A DNA stretch of 64,000 nt from Gammaproteobacteria bacterium (GCA_965116495.1 OZ220696.1:2272001-2336000); one strand, 5' to 3'. Positions 41,773-51,544 are shown, counted from the stretch's first letter. The notes: generated by a model from the sequence alone, not told the origin. Numbers and translations are program-made.

Positions 41773-41968
41773 ATACCATTTCAAATTGGGCAATAAAATT
41801 GTTCACACCGGTACTACCAACGATATTGTCCGGCGTGAATATGAGCATCAGAGGAAGCCTGGTTGGGAAAAGGGGCATATTTTTCAGATTGGCTACCGCA
41901 CAACCCGTGATGCAGCTTTAGCATGGGAAGATGAACAGCGCCGGAAAGGCAAGCCTACAGGACCTTAG
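41747..41968 (+). CDS. Small protein with a degenerate GIY-YIG-like signature
   Basis: GGAG RBS, ATG 41747; YKY..K...IVHTGTTNDIVRREYEH...A.AWE. Confidence 0.6.
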   Translation: MPTSRTTYKYHFKLGNKIVHTGTTNDIVRREYEHQRKPGWEKGHIFQIGYRTTRDAALAWEDEQRRKGKPTGP

Positions 41969-41979
41969 CCTGGCCTCAA

Positions 41980-42021
41980 ATTGCCGCAGACCGGCGCATA
42001 ACCGGCTTTACCTGTATTGGC
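41980..42021 (-). pseudogene. Relic of a second primase-helicase gene
   Basis: 37/42 nt identical to 40677-40718; encodes ANTGKAGYAPVCGN versus ARTGKAGYAPACGN. Confidence 0.7.
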
Positions 42022-42222
42022 TAAACGCGCGTCTTACTGCTTGAACCGGGAAAAACAGGCATCAATTTCCGGTTTCAGTTCTATACCTGCTTTTCGAAGC
42101 AATCCAATAGAGCCGAATAAACACCGTCGTCATAATCCATTGATGCCGTCCTTCAATCAATCCCCTTCCGATTTTATGGATGTCCCGGATTTATTCCCGG
42201 GTTGAAATCCTTCCGCTTTTGC

Positions 42223-42252
42223 ATGTACGATATACGTACATTATCCTGTACA
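42223..42252. promoter_or_regulatory. Putative YefM operator
   Basis: ATGTACG-ATATA-CGTACAT palindrome and TGTACA just upstream of yefM. YefM operators are TGTACA-core palindromes. Confidence 0.65.
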
Positions 42253-42271
42253 ACATAAACTGGAGGTTGTT

Positions 42272-42523
42272 ATGGACGCAATCAGTTACACTGCTGCTCG
42301 GGCAAACCTGGCAAAGACGATGGAAAAAGTATGTGATGACCATACGCCCGTCATCATTACGCGCAAGCGGGAAGCGGCTGTGGTAATGCTATCCCTGGAC
42401 GATTACCAGGCCCTGGAAGAAACCGCTTACCTGCAGCGCTCCCCAGCCAATGCCAGGCGTCTGTTGGACTCCATTGCCGAACTTGAAGCCGGAAAAGGCA
42501 CGGAACGGGAACTTATTGAATGA
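42272..42523 (+). CDS. yefM: YefM/Phd antitoxin
   Basis: MDAISYTAARANLAKTM, LEETAYL.RSPANARRL. Confidence 0.95.
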   Translation: MDAISYTAARANLAKTMEKVCDDHTPVIITRKREAAVVMLSLDDYQALEETAYLQRSPANARRLLDSIAELEAGKGTERELIE

Positions 42524-42777
42524 AAACCACGTTTTCTTCCACGGCGTGGGAGAATTATCTTTACTGGCAGAAGACAGACAAAGCAACCCTGAAACGAATC
42601 AATACATTAATCAAGGCAATTCAGCGCGATCCCTTCTCAGGAATTGGAAAACCGGAATCACTGAGACATAACCTGACAGGCTATTGGTCCAGACGGATCA
42701 ATGACGAGCATAGAATCGTTTACAAGGTTGCCGATAATCACTTGTATATCGCTCAACTCAAGTACCATTACGAGTAG
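42520..42777 (+). CDS. yoeB: YoeB/Txe toxin
   Basis: YLYWQKTD, GIGKPE.L, GYWSRRINDEHRIVY; ATGA overlap with yefM. Confidence 0.95.
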   Translation: MKTTFSSTAWENYLYWQKTDKATLKRINTLIKAIQRDPFSGIGKPESLRHNLTGYWSRRINDEHRIVYKVADNHLYIAQLKYHYE

Positions 42778-43928
42778 TGGGAATAAATCCAGGACACCTG
42801 CCCACACCCATAAATCCCTCCGAGGAACTCCTTGGCCGGTTCTATTCGCTCGCCACCGGGGTAGGATTTGCCTTGCGCGAGTTCACCGACTACCTGGATG
42901 CGCGACAGCGGTTCCGTTACCAGGAATTTTTTGAAGTTGCGGCTGAGGCTTGCGTCTTTCCACTTGACTTCAATGAGCTGGTGAGGCTGTTTTTCCCGGG
43001 TGATGAGAAAATCGATCTCAAGGCCGTCCTTAGTCCTGAGGAACTGTAAACCAAGGTCGGCGCCGTCCACGTCCTGCGCCCGTTGCACTTCTTTCAGCAG
43101 GGCACAGGCCACCAGGTTTTCCAGCCTGGTTCCCTCGTCTCCCTGCACCATGCCGTTGTCATAAAAATAGTATTTCGGTTCTTTCAACAGTGCCCGCGCG
43201 ATGTTTTTATGGTAAGGGACCAGCTTGAAGATCACGTACAGGTCTTCCAGCAGCTTCAGCCAATGGCGGATGGTATTGGGACTTTTTTGCAGGTCGCGGG
43301 CAAGCGAGTTGGCGGAAACGGGACTGCCGACCCGGGTCCGCAGTAATTCAATGAGGGTCTCTATGGATTGAATATCCCTGACTGCCGTCAGTGTCAGGAG
43401 TTCTTCTTTCAGAATGAGGTCCACGTGTGAACGTTTCCAACGATTGTAGTAAGCTCGAGTGCCCTTGAGGAAAGGTTCCGGAAAGCCGCCTACCGTCATC
43501 AGGCGGGTAAAAATCTCATCCCTGCCCAAATCGGTTTGCGCCAATGCCTCCTTAAGGTCCACCGGGTGCAGGTGAAACTGAAAATGTCTGCCGGCCAGCG
43601 AATCGCCCGTCTTGCGGAAAGCCTCAAGCCTGGCGCTGCCGGTGACCAGCAGCGCCGGAGGCATGCCCTCAACGTCGTAGATACCCTTCAACCAGGCCTT
43701 CCATTGATCCATCTTGTGCAGCTCATCAAAAATCACCAGCGCCTTTTGCCGGTCCCAGCTTTTTTCCATAAGCAGCAGACGGTGTTCTGCCAGGTCATAA
43801 TTGATGTATTGGTAATCCGGGCACAACATCCTGGACAAGGTGGTTTTGCCGCACTGGCGCGGCCCGGTGAGCAGCAGGATTTTCCTGCCCAGTTCTTCTG
43901 ACAGTGCGGGGGTAAGATATCTTTCCAC
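42768..43928 (-). CDS. AAA ATPase with DUF4143-type C-terminal PD-(D/E)XK-like domain
   Basis: GPRQCGKTT, FDELHK, VTGS, GGFPE, KYYFYDNG, EIDFL...IEVK. Confidence 0.88.
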   Translation of the reverse strand: MERYLTPALSEELGRKILLLTGPRQCGKTTLSRMLCPDYQYINYDLAEHRLLLMEKSWDRQKALVIFDELHKMDQWKAWLKGIYDVEGMPPALLVTGSARLEAFRKTGDSLAGRHFQFHLHPVDLKEALAQTDLGRDEIFTRLMTVGGFPEPFLKGTRAYYNRWKRSHVDLILKEELLTLTAVRDIQSIETLIELLRTRVGSPVSANSLARDLQKSPNTIRHWLKLLEDLYVIFKLVPYHKNIARALLKEPKYYFYDNGMVQGDEGTRLENLVACALLKEVQRAQDVDGADLGLQFLRTKDGLEIDFLITREKQPHQLIEVKWKDASLSRNFKKFLVTEPLSRIQVVGELAQGKSYPGGERIEPAKEFLGGIYGCGQVSWIYSHYS

Positions 43929-44086
43929 GGCAAATGACGCGTTCTGAATACGCTGTCATATTTTCACACAACTGACAAAAAGTCAAGACTTTTTGTCAGT
44001 AATATGCAAAAAAGTCGGGATATTGACGAATTCACTTTGGGGACGGACTTGAGTCCGTCCCCGGACCGGCCACAGGCATTCCGATC

Positions 44087-45247
44087 TCATCGCCCGGCAG
44101 CGTCCCGCAACTGCTCCACCTTGTCCGTTTTCTCCCAGGTGAAGTCCGCTTCCTCGCGGCCGAAATGGCCGTAGGCCGCGGTCTGCCTGTAGATGGGCCG
44201 CAACAGGTCCAGGTCCCGGATGATGGCCTTGGGGCGTAAATCAAACGTGTCCTGCACCAGGGCTTCGAGCCGGGTTTCCGGGATGACGCCGGTGCCAAAG
44301 GTGTTGACCATCAGGCTGACCGGCCTGGCGACGCCGATGGCGTAGGCGATCTGGATCTCGCACCTGTCGGCCAGGCCGGCGGCGACGATGTGCTTGGCGA
44401 CGTAACGCGCTGCGTACGCGGCGGAACGGTCCACCTTGGACGGGTCCTTGCCGGAAAATGCGCCGCCGCCGTGGTGGGCGATGCCGCCGTAGGTATCCAC
44501 GATGATCTTCCTGCCGGTGAGACCGGTATCGCCTACCGGACCGCCGATGACAAAGCGTCCGGTGGGATTGACCAGGTAGCGTGTTTTGGCGGAGAGCATA
44601 TCCGCGGGCAGGACCGGTTTGATGATTTCCTCGATAACCCCTTCGGTCACATTGTCATGGCTGACACCGGCATCGTGCTGGGTGGACAGGACGACCGTAT
44701 CGACTGCGACGGGCTTGCCGTCCTCGTATAACACGCTGACCTGGGATTTCGCATCGGGCCGCAACCAGGGCAGCCTGCCGGCTTTTCTCACCTCGGCCTG
44801 TTTCTTCACCAGCCGGTGCGAGTAGGTAATGGGGAACGGCATCAGCACGTCGGTCTCGTTGCAGGCATAGCCGAACATGAGGCCCTGGTCACCGGCGCCC
44901 TGATCCAGGTCAAGCCCCTCTCCCTCGTTCACGCCCCGGGCGATATCCGGCGACTGCTTGTCAATCGACAGCAGTACCGAACAGCCATCGGCGTCAAACC
45001 CCATCTCCGATGAGTCATAACCTATTTCCCTGACGGTCTGTCTGGCTATCTCCGGATAGTCGATGTTCGCCTGCGAGGTAATCTCGCCGGACAGCAACAC
45101 CATGCCTGTCGTGACCAGAGTCTCGCAGGCTACCCGCGCATGGATATCCTGTTCCAGCAATGCATCCAGAATCGAATCGGACACCTGGTCGGCGACCTTG
45201 TCCGGGTGACCTTCGGAGACGGATTCCGAGGTAAACAGGTAATTCAT
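44087..45247 (-). CDS. metK: S-adenosylmethionine synthetase
   Basis: [44 protein letters not shown]. Confidence 0.99.
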   Translation of the reverse strand: MNYLFTSESVSEGHPDKVADQVSDSILDALLEQDIHARVACETLVTTGMVLLSGEITSQANIDYPEIARQTVREIGYDSSEMGFDADGCSVLLSIDKQSPDIARGVNEGEGLDLDQGAGDQGLMFGYACNETDVLMPFPITYSHRLVKKQAEVRKAGRLPWLRPDAKSQVSVLYEDGKPVAVDTVVLSTQHDAGVSHDNVTEGVIEEIIKPVLPADMLSAKTRYLVNPTGRFVIGGPVGDTGLTGRKIIVDTYGGIAHHGGGAFSGKDPSKVDRSAAYAARYVAKHIVAAGLADRCEIQIAYAIGVARPVSLMVNTFGTGVIPETRLEALVQDTFDLRPKAIIRDLDLLRPIYRQTAAYGHFGREEADFTWEKTDKVEQLRDAAGR

Positions 45248-45575
45248 ACGCGGGGCTCCATAAAGATTGAATGGGCATTCTAACCAGTTCCCGGGGAGTT
45301 TTACAGAGTAACCATGTGCTTTTTTTAAGTGAGATCCAGGATAACCGCATACTATTAAAGGAAGCGTGAGGACTCTCTGAACAGTATCCAGGCCCGTCTG
45401 CTGAACCCGGAGGGGGCTGTTCCTAACACAGGGCTAACACAGGGCTGGGGGAACACTGGGGGACACTGGGGGAGTTGACTTTAATACCTTAATCTGGGAT
45501 AATACTGGCCGTTAAACACTTAGTTAAAGTAGTTTAATCCGCTTATAAAATTTTCAACTCGTGAGGAGGATAGAT

Positions 45576-45827
45576 ATGAAAAGTGGCGACGACATGCTAA
45601 GACAACTCGTTGATAAATCCGCTGCTGACGCGGCGTTCAGGCAACAACTTCTCTCTGATCCCAAGACTGCCATAACCGCTGAGTTGGGCATTACCATGCC
45701 CGAATCGATGAATGTTGTGGTACATGAAAGCGACATGCAAACTGTTCACGTTGCTTTGCCGCCGGATCCGAATATCACCGAGGAACAACTCGAAGCCGTT
45801 TCGGCCGGCCTTTGCTGCTGCTGGTAA
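45576..45827 (+). CDS. srpE: NHLP/proteusin RiPP precursor, core LCCCW
   Basis: AGGAGG RBS; NHLP leader (D.AFRQQLLSDPK, VHE, LPP, EEQLEAVSAG); 5-residue core LCCCW-stop. Confidence 0.92.
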   Translation: MKSGDDMLRQLVDKSAADAAFRQQLLSDPKTAITAELGITMPESMNVVVHESDMQTVHVALPPDPNITEEQLEAVSAGLCCCW

Positions 45828-45897
45828 GTCCACCCCGATAAACAGTCGGTCTGGATTCGGAATATCCGAATCCGAATAGCTTACCGGGACTTCACAT

Positions 45898-45931
45898 GCC
45901 CTCGTCCCTTTCAGGGGCGGGGGTTTTGTTT
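45898..45931 (+). terminator. Probable intrinsic terminator after the precursor gene
   Basis: GCCCTCGTCCCT-TTC-AGGGGCGGGGG followed by TTTTGTTT. Confidence 0.6.
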
Positions 45932-46162
45932 GCCTGCCATAGAACCGATATAGGATCGCCCTGAGTCGGTCGTACCCACAGCGTCCCATGAATTTCCGCT
46001 GAAGGCAGTTCGAAGAGCGATAATTCCTTTCGGGAGACGTTCCCGAAACACATTAGAGGTATTACGGTCAGCGGATAGCTACCGTTGGCGCCGTGACGGT
46101 TGGAATGTTAAGCATTATTACGCCTTGCATCGGCAGAACGGGATCCCCGCAGGTAACGGAAT

Positions 46163-47281
46163 TTACTGGTAAACCGCCCCGGAAAGCACCATAAATACAT
46201 AGGCCTTGGCTTTTCGAAGCTGATTGTCTGATATGACCAGCTTCACATGGTGAATGCCCCGCAGCATAATATAACGCCCGGACTTCGCAAAAAGCGGTGT
46301 CGGTTTTGAGACCCAGCCGGCTAGCGCCTTGATCTTGTCGGAAAACACAATATCCTCATGGTCCAGGGCTTCCAGGAAGGGTGCCCAATCGGTCAAACCG
46401 TCAAGCCAATAGCGCGAATCCTTGGTATATCTCTGCTTTACAATGAGTGTGAGACCAAGCGTCGGACCAATTCCATCCTCCTGCACGTCAATATTCAATC
46501 CAATCCTGACAATGTTCACGCGGTCTGTGAAGCGTGAAATCACTGAATCGACGGCTGTGATCTGACCGGGCCAACCCGTATCTTCCAGGTATCGGGCTAC
46601 CTCCTGCTTCGATTTGAAGCCCATGACAGCGAGGCGAATTGCCCGAGAGCGGGACGGAAATACTCCAAACGAGTCCATGCGCGTATCTTCCGGCTGCGCA
46701 AGGTAAGCTTGTTGGAGGTACTTCCGTTCTGCGTCGTTAATCTCCCAGCCTACGCAGGAAGCGAGTGCGTCACTCACCATAACGACGTCATCTTCCTGAC
46801 CGTTGGCGCCGGTAATCGGGCGTTCGCCGGGCCGCAAGAACATTCCGGGGAAAGAACCTTGTCCCTCCCGCGCAGATCCTATGTCATATTCCAGCATAAG
46901 TTTCTGACCGACAATTTCACGCAGGGGTGAGTTTTCGGTTTCCATTTGCTCGCAGGCCCGCACAATTGCGCCGGCGGTCTCATCTGTGTTATCGGTCCGT
47001 GCGCACTCCCGGAAAAACTCTGCCGACCTGGTTCCACCGGCCAGGGAAGCGCCGAAATCCGCCTCCGGTTTGGGCGAATGCAACGGCAGTTCGAAGCCGA
47101 ATGGCAAAGCGGCCATTGTAATCGGAAGTTTTCCGGCGCAGTCGAGTATGCATTCCCATTCAGATGCCCCGATAAGAACCGGCGAAATCCTGTCCCGAAA
47201 GTGCCCAAGCAAATCACCCATGGTGCCGCCTTCCTCGGCGAGACGTTCCTGGGTAAGAATCACAGCTTCGTCAATATTCAT
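46163..47281 (-). CDS. RiPP-cluster protein of unknown function, possibly ABBA prenyltransferase-like
   Basis: 372 aa, 4-bp overlap with the upstream gene; FGFELPL, LMLEYD, HHVKLV, AKAY motifs. Fold call is tentative. Confidence 0.6.
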   Translation of the reverse strand: MNIDEAVILTQERLAEEGGTMGDLLGHFRDRISPVLIGASEWECILDCAGKLPITMAALPFGFELPLHSPKPEADFGASLAGGTRSAEFFRECARTDNTDETAGAIVRACEQMETENSPLREIVGQKLMLEYDIGSAREGQGSFPGMFLRPGERPITGANGQEDDVVMVSDALASCVGWEINDAERKYLQQAYLAQPEDTRMDSFGVFPSRSRAIRLAVMGFKSKQEVARYLEDTGWPGQITAVDSVISRFTDRVNIVRIGLNIDVQEDGIGPTLGLTLIVKQRYTKDSRYWLDGLTDWAPFLEALDHEDIVFSDKIKALAGWVSKPTPLFAKSGRYIMLRGIHHVKLVISDNQLRKAKAYVFMVLSGAVYQ

Positions 47282-48588
47282 ATGGTCTTCTCCAGCAGGA
47301 ATTCAACCAGACGCTCCAGGGCTTCGATGCAAAATGCGGAAGTCACCGATTCGGAACCATGCCCAATCTGCCCTACCAGACCCCACTTCAACTCCTGATC
47401 GCCAAACGCGAGAAACTCCGGCCAACTGCCGTCCTCACGTTGCGAGTTCAGGAACCTTTTCACCTGGTGTTCTGCGTCGATGCTTTGCAGGCTTCCAATA
47501 TTGTAGAGAGCAGACACTGCCTGGGCAGTCTGGAGGATATTGCCGAATTCCCCCTTCCCGTCGCGCAGGCCGAGGATACCATCCGCAAGCGCCGGGCGTA
47601 ACCGGTCAAGAGCGGACGGCACGCGCAGCAGGGCGCGGGTGATTGCATAGTAGATTGAGATCGAATCAGGATACCACTTGGACGTTCCATCCAGGCTGTC
47701 TTCAATGATCAAACCTTCCAGCCATTGCCGGGCTTCCCTGGTTTCCGGACGCTCACCGAGATAGGCAATGACATTCGCATTAACCACAGGATCGGCTTCG
47801 ATACGAAAAGTAGATACTACATCAGGTTCATCATCCGCGAGTATCCAGGTCTGGAAAAGACCTTTTTCGTCGCGATTTGCCAGAATTCCCGGGACATTCC
47901 TTTCCAGCAATATCCAGGGGTGATTCCCGATGACAAGTGAGCAGACTGTGGAACTATCGAGGTCCTGCGGCAGATGTCGGTAGTAGCGCCATAATCCGGG
48001 ATATTCCATGGTATCGACAAGATACGCCCTGGTGGTGGCACAAATGGCTTTAGCCTTCGGTTCATCACAGCCTTCCAGGGCAAGTACACAGAATGCCGAA
48101 ATAAACGGGGGTCTTTCGAAATGCCTTGGGATGTTCGGGTCGGCTATATTGAAACGGATGCAGTGCCAGGCCCCGTTTTCATCGATCCCGGATTCCAGGA
48201 AATCGAGACCGCGACGGATGCTTTCCCTGCATGCATCGGCAAGCGTCCCGGGCGTGGCGTTGGATAACAAGGCGCCTGCGCCACCCGGTTCGGGAGGGCG
48301 GACAGGCGGCGCCGGATCATAAAGTGTCTTGCGCAGGAACTCGAGTGATTGTGAGCCGGTTCTCGCCTCCTGCCGTTCAGCCGCGCTGAATTTGCTGCGC
48401 GGCGGAAGCGCCAGATGCGCAACGGAAACGGTATCTTCGTGCACGCGAATCTCATGATCTTCGTCCAAGGTCACACCAAGTTCCTCTTCGATGGTTTCTT
48501 TGGGTTTCTCAAGCAAACGATTGCGAAGATCATCGTCTTCGACGGCTCTTGATATGAGGTAATTAATTGTGTGAACAGGATACTTCAC
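47278..48588 (-). CDS. NHLP-leader-like domain fused to a class II terpene cyclase/prenyltransferase-like helical domain
   Basis: N-terminus RAVEDDDLRNRLLEKPK..IEEELG..VHED..HLALPP; then GLWRYY..LPQDLDSST, DPVVNANV and a QW motif QREDGSW. Confidence 0.75.
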   Translation of the reverse strand: MKYPVHTINYLISRAVEDDDLRNRLLEKPKETIEEELGVTLDEDHEIRVHEDTVSVAHLALPPRSKFSAAERQEARTGSQSLEFLRKTLYDPAPPVRPPEPGGAGALLSNATPGTLADACRESIRRGLDFLESGIDENGAWHCIRFNIADPNIPRHFERPPFISAFCVLALEGCDEPKAKAICATTRAYLVDTMEYPGLWRYYRHLPQDLDSSTVCSLVIGNHPWILLERNVPGILANRDEKGLFQTWILADDEPDVVSTFRIEADPVVNANVIAYLGERPETREARQWLEGLIIEDSLDGTSKWYPDSISIYYAITRALLRVPSALDRLRPALADGILGLRDGKGEFGNILQTAQAVSALYNIGSLQSIDAEHQVKRFLNSQREDGSWPEFLAFGDQELKWGLVGQIGHGSESVTSAFCIEALERLVEFLLEKTI

Positions 48589-48595
48589 TTCCGCT

Positions 48596-51544
48596 TCAGG
48601 CGACCTGCCTCTTTACCAGTTCTTTGAATACTCCTTCCTCCTCCATGAGTTCGTTGAAGGATCCGCTCTGCACAACTTTTCCGGCCTGCATCACAAAGAT
48701 TCGATCAGCCTGTTGCAATGAGGACAGGCGGTGGGCGATAACGATCCGGGTCGAGGTGAGGAGCGCCAGGTTCTGCATGACCTCGGCCTGGTTTTCGTTA
48801 TCGAGCCAGTTGGTTGCCTCGTCAAGCAGCATGACCCGCGGGCTGGCGAGCAGTGAACGGGCGATGGTGACGCGCTGGCTCTCGCCACCCGAAAGGACGG
48901 CGCCGCTGGACCCGACCATGGTCATCATGCCCATGGGCATCGCCTTGATTTCCTTTTCTATTCCGGCGGCACGGGCCGTCTGCCACACTTCCTCTGTTGT
49001 CGTCGGCTCGTGGTGCGCGACGATATTGTCCCAAACATCCTGGGGATGGAGACGCACTGACTGCGGCACCGAGCCAACTTTCCGGCGCACTTGCTTCAGG
49101 TTCAGGTGCCTCAGGTCACGCCCGTCATAATAAACCGCGCCGGCAGTTGGCGAATCGATGCCGAGGGCAAGCCGGAACAAGGTACTCTTGCCGGCGCCGG
49201 ACTCGCCGGCGATCGCGATAAATTCGCCGGGTCGCGCGCGAATAGTGACATCGTCGAGGATCAACGGGCCGTCGGGATCGTAGCGAAAGGAAATACGGTC
49301 GAACAGGACTTCGCCGCCCAGACGTTCAACCGGCTCACCTTCAACGGCTGCTTCAGGAACTGTGGCGAGCAGCGGGCGCATCTGGTCGAACGCCGGCAGC
49401 ATGGCGGCAATAGCGCCGAAGGACTCGCCAAGGCGGGCGATTGCGGACTGGAAAGCGATGAAGACAACGTAAACGACGAGAAAATCGCCGACAGGAACGT
49501 TGCGGTCACCCACCGCGGCCACTGCGAAAAGCAATGCCCCGCCGGCGAGAAAGGGGAGCGCGGCAGCGAATGCCCGCGAGTGCCCCTCAAGTGCGCCCAG
49601 TTCGATTTCTGCGCGTTTCTGTTCGCGATAATCCCGGGCCCAGATGGCGAATGCCGACCCTTCCGCATTTTCCACACGCAGCTTGGCGATGCCTCCCACG
49701 ATCTGGAACAGCCGGCCGGATACACGACGTACAGCGCTGATCATCCGCCCGTACGGTGCAACCTGGCGCAACCCAATGGCGACGGTGACCAGCAGGGAAA
49801 CCAGGCTGAAGCCAAGGGCGATGACCCCGAGGGTGGCATCGTAGAAGAAGATGACGCCAAAAACCGGCAACAGGAAAATGATCGACAGCAGGCTGTCGGC
49901 GATGACTCCCTGCAAGCCGTCGCGAAGATTCTGGAATGTCATCCCCGACATGGCCAGGTCGCCGGCCGGATAGCGGTGCAGAATGCTTGACGGTAGGCGC
50001 ATGAGGCGGTCCCAGAAGGCAGCTTCGACCCTTGATGCCGAACGCCCCTCGAGCCGCATCAGCGCCGATCCCTGCAGCAGGTGCAGCAGTGCGCCGAGCA
50101 GGCCGAACGCCGCCAACGTCACGGCCACGGCATACAGCGCGCCGGCGCTTCCCCCCCCGCCCCCGATATGATTCGCAACGAAACCAAGCGCAACTGCCGG
50201 CAGCAGTTTGACCAGGCCGCCCGGAAGCCCGGCCAGCACCAGCCGCAGTAGGTCCGCGGCCGTTCCTTGCATGGCGATCCCCAGCAGGTCTGCCGGTTTT
50301 ACGGGTGCCGACGGCAATGGCCGGTAGAACACCCAGGCTTCGTCCTTCAGCGCCTCAGCACGAGCCGCCGTAACCCGAACGCTGCGCTTGGTGACCGGAT
50401 CAACTTCCCGGTAGCGTCCGAACATTCCCGGTATCAGTGCGACCGGCTGGTCGTCCCCGGCGCGGAATGCCAGTAGTGCGTTGCTGTCACTGCGCCACCA
50501 GTTGCCCGCGGCCTCGAAGCGCACGCGCCGGGCGCGTACCCCTGACGAATCAAGCACGTCTACGAGGCGGATCGGTGAATCCGAAGGTCGGGAGCGCGCT
50601 GGAATCCTGAAATCGATGCCTTCATGACGGCCGACGATTTGCAAGGCATCCGCCAGCACCGTGTCCTCGACGCTGGCCTCCCGGTCGATCGGCAGGTCAT
50701 AGATATTGAAAAGCCGCTGCCGGGCAGCTTGTTCGGCCGTGCGGCGGCTGGTTGTCCGCTCGCGCTCGAGATTCGCATCATCGACCACGGCCAGTCGGCG
50801 ATTAAGGCGTTCCAGGTTAAAGGCAAGCGCGTGAAAGGAGGCGAGCGCCGGCAGCAGCATGCCTTGCTGGGCCAGTGTTTCGGTTGATTTGCCGGAAACT
50901 GTCGCCTCGTCGAACAAGGTGAGCCAGTTCGTCCGCGTCAGTGGTATCAACGCTTCGCGCGAGCCGCCTGTCTCGGCAAGTTGCGCCGGGTCGACCATAT
51001 CCATGAACAGGCTTGCTCCGAGGGACGGTTCGGACACCCATACCACGCCGCGTCGCACGGACAGCGTACAAGGGCCCAGTGACTGCGTCAGACCGGGTTC
51101 GGCCAGCGCAGTCGGTCGCGGCAGGTGGCTGACGAAACGCGAAAGTGTGTCAGTCATGTCGGTGAGCCAGGTATCGGCCTGTTGCGCCAGTTCTGCCGGA
51201 TGAACCTCGGACAGCAGGGATGCCGGCAGCCGTTTCAGAAGGGTGCCCGGCAACCCCTTGGCGATCAGGCTGAGCGTGGTGACTTTGCCATTGTCGTCCT
51301 GTTCGTCCGCTACGACACCCGGCAACAACCTGCCCGATTCGCAACGCAGCAGGTGCTGCGGCGCCGCCTGCTCTACCCCGTCCCTGAATTCGACCAGGAA
51401 CAGATCGACGGCACCCTGGTCAATGAACCAGACATTGTCCGCATCGTCGAGCGTTACCGGCAGGTTGCCGGCGCAAGGCACGGATGTGCCGGAGTGGGCG
51501 GCAAGCCGGCTTATTGATGCGTGTTCCGGCATGGCGTCCTGCAT
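48596..51544 (-). CDS. NHLP bacteriocin export ABC transporter, permease/ATPase subunit
   Basis: Long N-terminal region, TMD (AAFWDRLMRLP), GESGAGKST, LSGGE, LDEAT. Confidence 0.92.
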   Translation of the reverse strand: MQDAMPEHASISRLAAHSGTSVPCAGNLPVTLDDADNVWFIDQGAVDLFLVEFRDGVEQAAPQHLLRCESGRLLPGVVADEQDDNGKVTTLSLIAKGLPGTLLKRLPASLLSEVHPAELAQQADTWLTDMTDTLSRFVSHLPRPTALAEPGLTQSLGPCTLSVRRGVVWVSEPSLGASLFMDMVDPAQLAETGGSREALIPLTRTNWLTLFDEATVSGKSTETLAQQGMLLPALASFHALAFNLERLNRRLAVVDDANLERERTTSRRTAEQAARQRLFNIYDLPIDREASVEDTVLADALQIVGRHEGIDFRIPARSRPSDSPIRLVDVLDSSGVRARRVRFEAAGNWWRSDSNALLAFRAGDDQPVALIPGMFGRYREVDPVTKRSVRVTAARAEALKDEAWVFYRPLPSAPVKPADLLGIAMQGTAADLLRLVLAGLPGGLVKLLPAVALGFVANHIGGGGGSAGALYAVAVTLAAFGLLGALLHLLQGSALMRLEGRSASRVEAAFWDRLMRLPSSILHRYPAGDLAMSGMTFQNLRDGLQGVIADSLLSIIFLLPVFGVIFFYDATLGVIALGFSLVSLLVTVAIGLRQVAPYGRMISAVRRVSGRLFQIVGGIAKLRVENAEGSAFAIWARDYREQKRAEIELGALEGHSRAFAAALPFLAGGALLFAVAAVGDRNVPVGDFLVVYVVFIAFQSAIARLGESFGAIAAMLPAFDQMRPLLATVPEAAVEGEPVERLGGEVLFDRISFRYDPDGPLILDDVTIRARPGEFIAIAGESGAGKSTLFRLALGIDSPTAGAVYYDGRDLRHLNLKQVRRKVGSVPQSVRLHPQDVWDNIVAHHEPTTTEEVWQTARAAGIEKEIKAMPMGMMTMVGSSGAVLSGGESQRVTIARSLLASPRVMLLDEATNWLDNENQAEVMQNLALLTSTRIVIAHRLSSLQQADRIFVMQAGKVVQSGSFNELMEEEGVFKELVKRQVA

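Noticed and set aside
45248-45420. SAM riboswitch upstream of metK
   Set aside because: I could not find SAM-I, SAM-II or SAM-V conserved elements by eye.
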